A stretch of DNA of 24,346 nt from Candidatus Heimdallarchaeota archaeon (GTDB lineage: Archaea; Asgardarchaeota; Heimdallarchaeia; JABLTI01). A program made the translations under genes and the position numbers. Of the stretch, positions 16,820-24,346 are shown piece after piece; positions within the stretch are counted from its first letter, which is position 1; the number at the start of each line of letters is the position of its first letter. The notes under the pieces are model-generated. The model saw only the letters and a program-made list of their open reading frames with translations, had not been told where the DNA came from and made no database searches. The stretch covers positions 1-24,346 of the forward strand of contig JAHLVW010000071.1 in assembly GCA_019058275.1 (NCBI GenBank). Direction: 5' to 3'.

Positions 16820-18886
16820 TTATTTCAAATACTCTTCAACTAATTTTGTTATTTGATCATTTCTGTATTTGTCAATTTGAACAACACTATGATCTATTGT
16901 TTTAAAGAAAGCTTCATTATATATTCTCTTAGTAAACTCTCGAAACTTTTCACGGAGCAAATAAGTTTCTTTTGAGACAACTAAAGCAAAAAAAGAATCC
17001 TCGCCTGTCTCCAGCATTATTGAAACATTACCATGATCAATAAGCTTTAATCCTCCTTCTTCAGCATCAAGAATTGTCTGACCCATCGTTCTAATTGCAG
17101 TGAGTAAACCTGACAAAAGTTTAGTATCGATTTTACTGCTCTCACCAAAAACTTGTTCATAAAAAGGTAAACCGGAACTTTTGGAAATAATATAGATAGC
17201 TTTAAGCTCTGTTTCAACCTTCTTAGGGCTACTTACGCTTTCAAAAGCAATTGTAGAACGAATTGACTGATTAATACGAGTGAAAATTCTTACTAAGAGA
17301 TTCTGTTTCTCTTTTTCAATTTCAGCTAGTTGATTTCGAGCTTCTTGTTCTTTCTCATGTAAATTTAATTCTTTAGCTAAATCTATCGCTTCATTGAGAA
17401 CATTCTTACTTTCTTTTAGTTTATTAGTCATTGAAAGAAGTAAACCTTGCAAGATAAAGACATCAATTAGAACCAGTTTGTAATCTTGCTCAATACATAA
17501 TTGTTTTGTATCAGCGATTTTTTCAAGTGCATTAACAAGAAGTTGATTTTCATTTGTCATACGATAATTTAACAAATCAATTTCTGCTAATTGTAATTTC
17601 GCATTGATTATTATTTCAAATAGTTTATTTTTCAAAGCTATTTCTAAAGAATTTTCAAGTAATTTTTTAGCTTCTCCAAGATTTGATTGTCTTGCTGCTA
17701 GTCGTGCTTTTCTTAAATAGACCTTAGGTATATCATTCTTTAGATTAGCTTCCTCTATTTCAGCAAGAGCATAATCTAAAATCATGTTAGCATCATTGAA
17801 TTGATCAAGGTTTTCGAAAATGTCTGCTCTACATAAATCAAGAGCTATTTTGATATTTGGAGGAACAGTTACTTCACTCTTTTTTAAACTCTCAAGAGCA
17901 GTTTCAGAGTTTGTTAGTGCTAATTGTGCGTTACCAAAATCTAGATGCAAATGAGCAATATTAGTTTCAGTAGCAACGACAACGTAATGAGAATCAATAT
18001 CAGCATTTTTGGCATTTTCCAAAGCAATGTAGAAATATTTCATAGCCATTTCTAGATTACCCATATTACGATAAATAAAGCCAATATTGTTTGCTGCTAC
18101 TGAAAGCTGATGTTTATTTGCTAGTATTTCTGAAAACTTGAAAGATTCTTCTAAATAATCTAGACCGACTTTTAGATTACCACCTTCTATTGCACATAAT
18201 GCAGTATTATTTAACAAACGATTAAGTAGATACCGATTATTTGATTTTCTTACGAGTAAAATTAATTCTCGACCTATTGTTTCCCCTTCTTCTAATTTAC
18301 CTTCGCTTCTTTTTATGTTTACAATTACTGATTTGCCTAAAGCAAATAACTCTGTAAATGATAGAAGTAAATTATTATTTCCTGAATACTCAACACAAAA
18401 TTTTTCATATTCTTTTGTCAATGATTCTAATTCGGATTGAATTTTCTCAAATTGCCTAGAATAATAGAGATACAATAATCTAATAGCTTTAGCATATAAT
18501 GCATTATAGGGGTCAGCTTTGGAGTATTCTTCTGCTTTTAAAATCACTTCTTCAATATCATCAAATTTTCTTTGACTAACTAATGTAAAAGCTTTAGTGT
18601 TTATTAGACCAGGATGATATTCATCTTTAGAACAAATTTCATTTACTTTATCATACTTGCCCATTAACAAGAAACATTGGGCTGCTAAAAATAGAAATTC
18701 AGAATTACTGATAATAACTCCTTGAATTTCAGACAGAGCAATAATTCCGTTTATGAAATTAATTAATTTGTCTTCTTTCTTTTGAGCATGTTTTTCAACA
18801 TAGGAGATAATAAATGATTGGAAATTATCCTCTAAACGCCAGTAATGATTTAGTAACTCCTTTGGCCATTGTTGATGAAGTTCCAT
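16820..18886 (-). CDS. TPR-repeat protein with C-terminal longin-like domain
   Basis: TPR helices (LSVAANNIGFIYRNMGNLEMAMKYFYIALE). C-terminal AIYIISKSSGLPFY...LLSGLLTAIRTMG...LKLIDHGNVSIMLETG..SFFALVV...LREKFREF is longin-like. Confidence 0.82.
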   Translation of the reverse strand: MELHQQWPKELLNHYWRLEDNFQSFIISYVEKHAQKKEDKLINFINGIIALSEIQGVIISNSEFLFLAAQCFLLMGKYDKVNEICSKDEYHPGLINTKAFTLVSQRKFDDIEEVILKAEEYSKADPYNALYAKAIRLLYLYYSRQFEKIQSELESLTKEYEKFCVEYSGNNNLLLSFTELFALGKSVIVNIKRSEGKLEEGETIGRELILLVRKSNNRYLLNRLLNNTALCAIEGGNLKVGLDYLEESFKFSEILANKHQLSVAANNIGFIYRNMGNLEMAMKYFYIALENAKNADIDSHYVVVATETNIAHLHLDFGNAQLALTNSETALESLKKSEVTVPPNIKIALDLCRADIFENLDQFNDANMILDYALAEIEEANLKNDIPKVYLRKARLAARQSNLGEAKKLLENSLEIALKNKLFEIIINAKLQLAEIDLLNYRMTNENQLLVNALEKIADTKQLCIEQDYKLVLIDVFILQGLLLSMTNKLKESKNVLNEAIDLAKELNLHEKEQEARNQLAEIEKEKQNLLVRIFTRINQSIRSTIAFESVSSPKKVETELKAIYIISKSSGLPFYEQVFGESSKIDTKLLSGLLTAIRTMGQTILDAEEGGLKLIDHGNVSIMLETGEDSFFALVVSKETYLLREKFREFTKRIYNEAFFKTIDHSVVQIDKYRNDQITKLVEEYLK

Positions 18887-19021
18887 AGTAAAACCACTAA
18901 TAATTAACTAGGTATAAATGAAAAGAGAATGGTAGATTTATGTATTTTTATTGGTAGCTATATCGGAAAAACTATCGCTAGGCAGGTTCCTCTACCAATT
19001 GTGTAACATATTTGTTTACTA

Positions 19022-19837
19022 TTACATTAAATAAGGTGCTAAACGAGCATCATTACATACAAATGATCTGAAATTATCAACAACTAAATCATTTAGCTCA
19101 TCGACAGGGGTGTCACGTATTTTTGCTACCTTAGTAATTATTTTCTTAATGTAGGTTGGTTTGCTACGAGGTGCATCAGGTGGTATATCAGGTGCATTTC
19201 TGCATGGACCATCTGTTTCAACTAGCAAAAGGTCATCTGGTATCTCTTTAACAATTGTTTGGATTCAGTCCCAATCCTCTTGTTCGATTACTGGTTTAAA
19301 TTTGTCCATGATAATATTCCCTCCAACTGAGAAATAGCAACCATAGTCAATCATTTCTTTAAGTGTCTGAATTGAACCTTTATACCCATGAACTATGACT
19401 TTTTTTAGTGAAAAATTGCGAATCATCTCGAGACCAATTTCCTCAGCACCATCAAGATGTAAAACAACTAGCTTATTTTGTTTCTGAGCAAATGTAAAGA
19501 AATGCTCAAGAAGCTTCTCTTGAGCAGGATATTGTGATTCATCTTTAAGATGATAACGATCTAGTCCAATTTCACTGTAAGCAACAGCTTGTTCAAAATG
19601 GTCCTTTAAAGAATCAAGTTTGTCAATATAATCCAGAGCTACCTGTGGATGAAGACCAAAACAAGGAATAACAAACTTAGATTTCTTAGCTATTTCTAAT
19701 GTTGATTTGTAGGAATCCAAATCCGTTGTAGCAGATAGTGCATAAATCCTATGCTTACGCATAATGGATAATGCAACCTCGAGAGTTCCTTCCCATCGTT
19801 CGTAAACGTTTGTGTGGAAATGTGCATCGACAAACAT
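19022..19837 (-). pseudogene. tatD: TatD-family hydrolase/DNase interrupted by in-frame TGA (19267-19265)
   Basis: DAHFH, GLHP, EIGLD, VVLH and VIVH precede the stop; the same frame then continues IQTIVKEIPDDLLLVETDGP...P..I..I...VAKIR...NF. 271 codons in total. Confidence 0.88.
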
Positions 19838-19841
19838 GAAA

Positions 19842-20162
19842 TCATACCTCCATTCGTTCTAACTTGAAAACAACTGGTTTACGTCCATCTGTGCATGAAA
19901 CATAGGCCATGCCTTTTTCAGGACGGTAAAAATTACCATCGAAGAAAAGAACTGAAAGATCCTTGTAAATATCTCTCCATGCCCATCCACAAAAACCATT
20001 GGGAATTCGTTCGATATTATCAACTATGAACTCAGTTCCATCATCAAAAAGGTTGCATTTATTATTGGGATTACCAGAAAGACCTTTCAAATTATGATTA
20101 GGACCGAAAATATCCTCAGGACCAAATCTTTTAACAATGGTGATTTTGACTTTTGTCAACAT
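19842..20162 (-). CDS. TIGR04076-family Cys-motif protein
   Basis: KVKITIVK...C..F..G.EFIV...P.GFCGWAW.DI...L..L...G.F...CTDGRKPVVFKLER. Confidence 0.85.
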   Translation of the reverse strand: MLTKVKITIVKRFGPEDIFGPNHNLKGLSGNPNNKCNLFDDGTEFIVDNIERIPNGFCGWAWRDIYKDLSVLFFDGNFYRPEKGMAYVSCTDGRKPVVFKLERMEV

Positions 20163-20191
20163 AATCCCTCATGATTAGTTCAAAGAATCAT

Positions 20192-20515
20192 TTACTCGTC
20201 CATTCTTTCTAATGTGAAAGATACTGGACGAATGCCATCTGTACAACATGAAATCATTTTGGGTTTTTCGACCCAAGGTTCATGATCGCCACCTAAAGCT
20301 AATACTCGAAGATCAGAATGAATATCTTTCCAAGCATAGGTGCAGAATCCTACAGGGCATTGTAGATTCTTCTCTACGATATATTCATCTCCTTCCTTAA
20401 ACCTCGTGCAAATGGTATATTTTTTACCATTTGGAGAAGTAGGAACATCCCCATCAAAGATATATTCAGAGGTCACACGTTTAAGCACAGTTATTTTCAC
20501 TTTATGTCTAGCCAT
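20192..20515 (-). CDS. TIGR04076-family Cys-motif protein (tandem paralog)
   Basis: KVKITVLK...CTRFKEGDEYIV...CPVGFCTYAWKDI...GG...CCTDGIRPVSFTLER. Confidence 0.85.
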   Translation of the reverse strand: MARHKVKITVLKRVTSEYIFDGDVPTSPNGKKYTICTRFKEGDEYIVEKNLQCPVGFCTYAWKDIHSDLRVLALGGDHEPWVEKPKMISCCTDGIRPVSFTLERMDE

Positions 20516-20534
20516 TTATTATACATCTAAAATT

Positions 20535-21274
20535 TCATTTGTTCTTCGAATAGAAAGCATAAAAATGTTGTAGTGTTCTAGTTACTCTTGATTCACTCGC
20601 TTTATCATAAATTGTTGATTTTTTTATACCAATTGGACCAGATTTTTCTTCAATAGCCTTTAACGTGTTATCTCGGAGTTCATTCAGCAGTTTAAGCTGT
20701 TTTCGAACCTCTTCTTTCCCACATAAAGGTCCGTGACCAGGAACAACATAATCAAAATCAACATCCAGGATTTTTTCAAAGAAACTAATCCATTGATCAG
20801 GATTACTTGTCTTATCACCTGCCCAAGGAAGATGACCTTTTCGTCGGGGAAGTAAGCAAAGGTAGAGCAAGCAGTATGCCCTCCTGCATAGTAAAATTCT
20901 ACAGAAGAATCAGCATTTTTGATGATTAGTTTATCTTGGAAGATTATCTCAGGGAGAAATTGTTTACCTTCGTTTTTCATTTTCTTGTAGAGCTGTTTAG
21001 AACCTAGAATAATTGTATCTTTGAAAACTTCAACTCCTCGAGTATGATCACCATGGTAATGAGTTACTAACAAGTACTTTACTGGTAATTTGAAGTGCTC
21101 CTCTATATCTTTTCGAAAATTGGGAGCAGTATATGCTTCCGGTGAAGGATCAATTGCTATTAAGTAATCACCTAATGCAATAGCACCAGCATTAGATTGT
21201 AGCTTATTATTAATAGTTGTTTTCCAAATAACTGTCCTATCTGTAATTTGTTTAATGTAACTGTCCACAGACAT
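20535..21274 (-). pseudogene. Metallo-beta-lactamase-fold hydrolase, frameshifted near 20828
   Basis: Frame A: NAG...AID, THYHGDHTRG, GGHT, EKVIF. Frame B continues PWAGDKTSNPDQW...VVPGHGP. The two halves join at TTC|CCT. Confidence 0.85.
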
Positions 21275-21321
21275 TCTTTATCACTTCTAGCAGCGATTTT
21301 TTCGAAAAATATTTATTTCAA

Positions 21322-21369
21322 AGGATTTATTAATCCTATTGCTAGGAATATTCCTATTGATAGGAATAT
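21322..21369. promoter_or_regulatory. Tandem palindromic operator in the divergent promoter region
   Basis: 18-bp direct repeat TCCTATTG(C/A)TAGGAATAT x2 (21334-21351, 21352-21369). It contains ATATTCCTAT-TG-ATAGGAATAT (21348-21369) and the perfect palindrome TAGGAATATTCCTA (21343-21356). Confidence 0.75.
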
Positions 21370-21415
21370 AAAAACATTTTCAAAGAATAGGGAAAATAAC
21401 AGGCAGGTAGATAAA

Positions 21416-21973
21416 ATGGAAACACCAGAAAAGACAGCAAAAGCTTTGCGAACAACAATGTTAGATCCAACAAGAGTAGCCATTTGGTTTGAAATATTAA
21501 GGAAACCAAAGGTAACAGCATACGAATTAATGGAAGAAATAAACATTAAGAAAACAGCGATGTACTATCATCTAAACCTGCTGGAAGAAGAAGGGATAAT
21601 TAAAGGAGAGGTAGTGAAAAAGCAAAAACACTATAAAGTGCTTGTGAACTTTTTTGAACTGTATCAAGCAGCAAAGGAATTCCTAAAAGATAAGAAACGA
21701 GATTTAGACATTTTTTCATTATTAATAATCAATAGTTTCATTCAAAGAGAGCTAAATAAACTCAGGAACATGTCACCAGAAGAATACCAAAAGAGAAAAT
21801 ATCCAATTGCTTATTCGGGTTTGTGGTTTAGTAATCGAGAGAAAATGGAACAAATTAAAGATGAATACAAACAACTATTCAAAAAGATTCTCGAGTTAGA
21901 TAAAGGGGAAGGACCAAACACGATTGCTCACACTCCATTAGCTTATTACTGGGGGATTATGGATTTTGAATAA
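21416..21973 (+). CDS. ArsR-like winged-helix transcriptional regulator
   Basis: LDPTRVAIW...TAYELMEEINIKKTAMYYHLNLLEEEGII. The true start is likely ATG 21416 after GGCAGGT; the track start at 21248 overlaps the divergent gene and the operator. Confidence 0.85.
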   Translation: METPEKTAKALRTTMLDPTRVAIWFEILRKPKVTAYELMEEINIKKTAMYYHLNLLEEEGIIKGEVVKKQKHYKVLVNFFELYQAAKEFLKDKKRDLDIFSLLIINSFIQRELNKLRNMSPEEYQKRKYPIAYSGLWFSNREKMEQIKDEYKQLFKKILELDKGEGPNTIAHTPLAYYWGIMDFE

Positions 21974-21989
21974 GAGGTTTACTTTCTAG

Positions 21990-22934
21990 TTACTGTTTAT
22001 GTTTAGTAATTGCTAAGTAATTTTTAGTCACTTTGAAACCAAGTTTCTCATATAATTTGTAAGCAACAACATTAGATGTTGTAACTGCAAGACCGATTTT
22101 CTTCATCCCTTCTTCTGAGCAACTTTTTATGATTTGGTTCATAAGTGCTTTACCTAAACCTTTTCGTTGATGATTTGGATGAATGCACACTTCCCCTACA
22201 AAAGCAACTTCAGGGGAATTTGTGAAAACAAAACTTATACCAACCACATTTTCATCAAACAGTATCTGAGGATTAATCTTGACATTGAGACCAGTGAAAT
22301 TATTAGTAAACTTAGCAAACATCTTCTTACTGATTTCTGGATTTCCCATTTCTGGGTAAATAGAAGAATCTGCATGTTCAGGGGGATTTGTATCCCGCAT
22401 GACTGCGAAAAGCTCATCTACCTTTTCTATAGAAAATGGCTCAAAGGTGTATCCTTCTTTCAAATCAGGATCGTTAGGTTCTACCTCATCAATTTCCAAT
22501 AACATTGCAACTCTCGAGAAAAAAGAAAACCCATCTTTTGTAAGCTGTTCCTCAAACGTAGGTTCCTTGTTAAATGGCAATATCTCAGTTTGCCTATAAT
22601 GTTTGAATCCACTCTCAAATACTTTTGATGTTAAAGCTTTGACTAGTTGACTACCACAATCATCTGAATTACAATCAGGATCAATGTAAAATGTAGTAGA
22701 TTCAAGAACCTCTCCTTCAGGTTTACCAGCAATGAATCCTATTGGAATTTCATCATCGAATGCATAAAATAGAATTCTTTCATTCTTCTTCAATAGTTCC
22801 TTAAATTTAGCGACAATGGTTTTAACTATTTCAGGATCCTTAATTCCTCGCTTAAATTCAAGGTAGTCTACAAATTTACACTCAATACCATCAATTGATT
22901 TTATTTCTTTTATCTCTAAAGTCATGATTGGCAA
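21990..22934 (-). CDS. GNAT-family N-acetyltransferase with tandem GNAT domains
   Basis: C-terminal domain VCIHPNHQRKGLGKALM...LAVTTSNVVAYKLYEKLGF; degenerate N-terminal domain FYIDPDCNSDDCGSQLV. Alternative start at ATG 22925. Confidence 0.9.
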   Translation of the reverse strand: MPIMTLEIKEIKSIDGIECKFVDYLEFKRGIKDPEIVKTIVAKFKELLKKNERILFYAFDDEIPIGFIAGKPEGEVLESTTFYIDPDCNSDDCGSQLVKALTSKVFESGFKHYRQTEILPFNKEPTFEEQLTKDGFSFFSRVAMLLEIDEVEPNDPDLKEGYTFEPFSIEKVDELFAVMRDTNPPEHADSSIYPEMGNPEISKKMFAKFTNNFTGLNVKINPQILFDENVVGISFVFTNSPEVAFVGEVCIHPNHQRKGLGKALMNQIIKSCSEEGMKKIGLAVTTSNVVAYKLYEKLGFKVTKNYLAITKHKQ

Positions 22935-23063
22935 AAATCGCTTGGTTATTTTTAAGGATTACATTGGTCTCAGAATTTAGTTCCCTGCTACAACTCTACA
23001 TTAATAAGCATATCGTAATAAAGGAAATATTTCTACAGTAGCAATATCACCAATTTGGCAATA

Positions 23064-23071
23064 TTTATATA
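23064..23071 (+). promoter_or_regulatory. Archaeal TATA box
   Basis: TTTATATA ending 32 nt before ATG 23104, consistent with a short-leader transcript. Confidence 0.55.
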
Positions 23072-23103
23072 CTCTATTGACCTATAATAAAATGTGATAA
23101 AAT

Positions 23104-23487
23104 ATGCGAAAACACAAAAAAAATGAAAAAATGGAACATGGGTTCTATGGTCATCCAATGATACGAAGAAGACCAAGAATGCATCATTTCAGTCCAATAC
23201 ATATGATGCGACATGGAATGCACAGATTTCCAATGGGTGTGCTAGAAGAAATAGAATCAAAAGAAGAAGCAATAGAATTCCTTGAAATGCAAAGCAAAAT
23301 GCTAGACAAACGAAAGAAATACTTGGAAAAAAGAATGGCAAGGTTAGATTCAACAGAAGATGCACTCGAAGATACTATAAAAGAAATTGGAAAAATGAAA
23401 GAATTTTCCCATGAAGAAATGAAGAAAATCATGAAGAAGAACTATAAAGAGTTCATGAAAAAAATGATCGATGAAGATGATTTCTAG
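23104..23487 (+). CDS. His/Met-rich coiled-coil protein, paralog of the C-terminal domain of the adjacent PadR regulator
   Basis: 8 His and 8 Met in the first 45 aa; residues 48-112 align without gaps to PadR residues 142-206. Confidence 0.8.
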   Translation: MRKHKKNEKMEHGFYGHPMIRRRPRMHHFSPIHMMRHGMHRFPMGVLEEIESKEEAIEFLEMQSKMLDKRKKYLEKRMARLDSTEDALEDTIKEIGKMKEFSHEEMKKIMKKNYKEFMKKMIDEDDF

Positions 23488-23613
23488 ACGGGATGAACCA
23501 TATCCAACTTTTTTTTAATTGATGCCAGTCTGAAGGATAATAAAATGAAAATATCCCCAAACTGGAAATACTTTTTTATCTACAAACTAAAAGATTACTA
23601 GTTGGTGAAAGAA

Positions 23614-24237
23614 ATGTTTAGAAGACATCCTCCCTCAAGATTTCATCCTTTCAGACCACCAATGCCTTTTGGTCCTGGAATGATAAAAGACATGAGTCAA
23701 CTAGTGTTTCTTTGGACAATTAGTGAGAGTCCAGATGGCATAACAGGTTATGATCTCTACAAGAACTACGAAGCAAAACAGACCAATGTCTATAGAACAC
23801 TGAAGGAGACGGAAGAGGAAGGGTTCATCACTTCAACAGAGACCATCGTTAAAGGCAGGGCACAGAAGATATACAAGATAACTGAGAAAGGTAGTGAACG
23901 ATTAAAAAACCTCAGAGAAGAGTGGACAAATAAAATAGCTTTTCTTATAGATATTGTCCCACCAGAAAGAGGATATCATCCAATTAAGGGAAAGAAACGC
24001 GAACCAAGGATTATTAGAGATCTAAGAGAGTTAAAGACAAAAGATGAAGTTTTAGATTATTTAGAACATGTAAAAAAATACTATAAAGGAAGGAAGAATC
24101 GCTTGGCAAAAAGAATGGAAAACTTGGATCAAACAGTTAAGGAAGTAGATGAAGTCATTATCAATGTAAACAAACAAGAACCATTCAGTAAGGAAGAAAC
24201 AGAGAAGACTATTAGAGAAATATTAGTGAAAAAATGA
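23614..24237 (+). CDS. PadR-family transcriptional regulator with extended C-terminal coiled-coil domain
   Basis: LVFLWTI...GITGYDL...NVYRTLKETEEEGFI...GRAQKIYKITEKGSERLKNLREEW. Start is likely ATG 23614 after SD GGTGA (TTG 23602 is the alternative). Confidence 0.88.
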   Translation: MFRRHPPSRFHPFRPPMPFGPGMIKDMSQLVFLWTISESPDGITGYDLYKNYEAKQTNVYRTLKETEEEGFITSTETIVKGRAQKIYKITEKGSERLKNLREEWTNKIAFLIDIVPPERGYHPIKGKKREPRIIRDLRELKTKDEVLDYLEHVKKYYKGRKNRLAKRMENLDQTVKEVDEVIINVNKQEPFSKEETEKTIREILVKK

Positions 24238-24346
24238 GTAAATTTCTTATTATAGTTTGCTAATAGGAAAAGTGTTCCAATAAGAAGACCTATTGTTATT
24301 AGACGAGGTCCATCAAGAAGAAGAAGAAGATAAAAAAGAAGGTTAA

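Noticed and set aside
120-19267. Alternative genetic code (stop reassignment or pyrrolysine)
   Set aside because: Internal stops are TAA, TAA and TGA at unrelated residue types, none is TAG, and all three stop codons terminate normal genes in the window.
21334-21369. Possible CRISPR or MITE repeat
   Set aside because: Only two abutting 18-bp units, with no spacers, cas genes or target-site duplication; its position fits an operator.
21248-21415. N-terminal extension of the ArsR-like ORF
   Set aside because: Overlaps the divergent MBL start and the operator; ATG 21416 has an SD-like sequence and gives a normal wHTH N-terminus.

Overview
AT-rich archaeal DNA, very probably from an Asgard archaeon (Heimdallarchaeia-like; this is inference). 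The basis is an archaeal Nre protein with a PIP box, a four-subunit POR operon, TATA boxes and several eukaryotic-signature genes. Those genes are a Rab-like GTPase with all five RabF motifs, an Arf-like GTPase (disrupted), a Sec23/24-like Zn-finger+vWA protein, two TPR proteins with C-terminal longin-like domains and a possible GOLD/p24-like type I membrane protein. The window also has an APC permease, a tandem USP protein, TauE/SafE, and an MBL-hydrolase/2xTIGR04076/TatD operon with a divergent wHTH regulator and a tandem palindromic operator. It ends with a GNAT and a PadR regulator. Best leads: (1) a gene that is a DNA-binding-domain-less copy of the adjacent PadR C-terminal domain carrying a His/Met-rich insert, a candidate microProtein antagonist; (2) an unannotated 44-47 aa signal-peptide + Pro-rich micro-ORF with its own TATA box and SD; (3) a possible stand-alone A/V-ATPase subunit I N-terminal domain between an amino-acid permease and the Sec23/24-like gene; (4) a TPR-longin/Arf/TPR-longin cassette; (5) four disrupted genes whose point lesions can all be explained as C:G>T:A transitions. 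No rRNA, tRNA, CRISPR array or mobile element was recognised. All family calls are by-eye motif recognition, not database searches.
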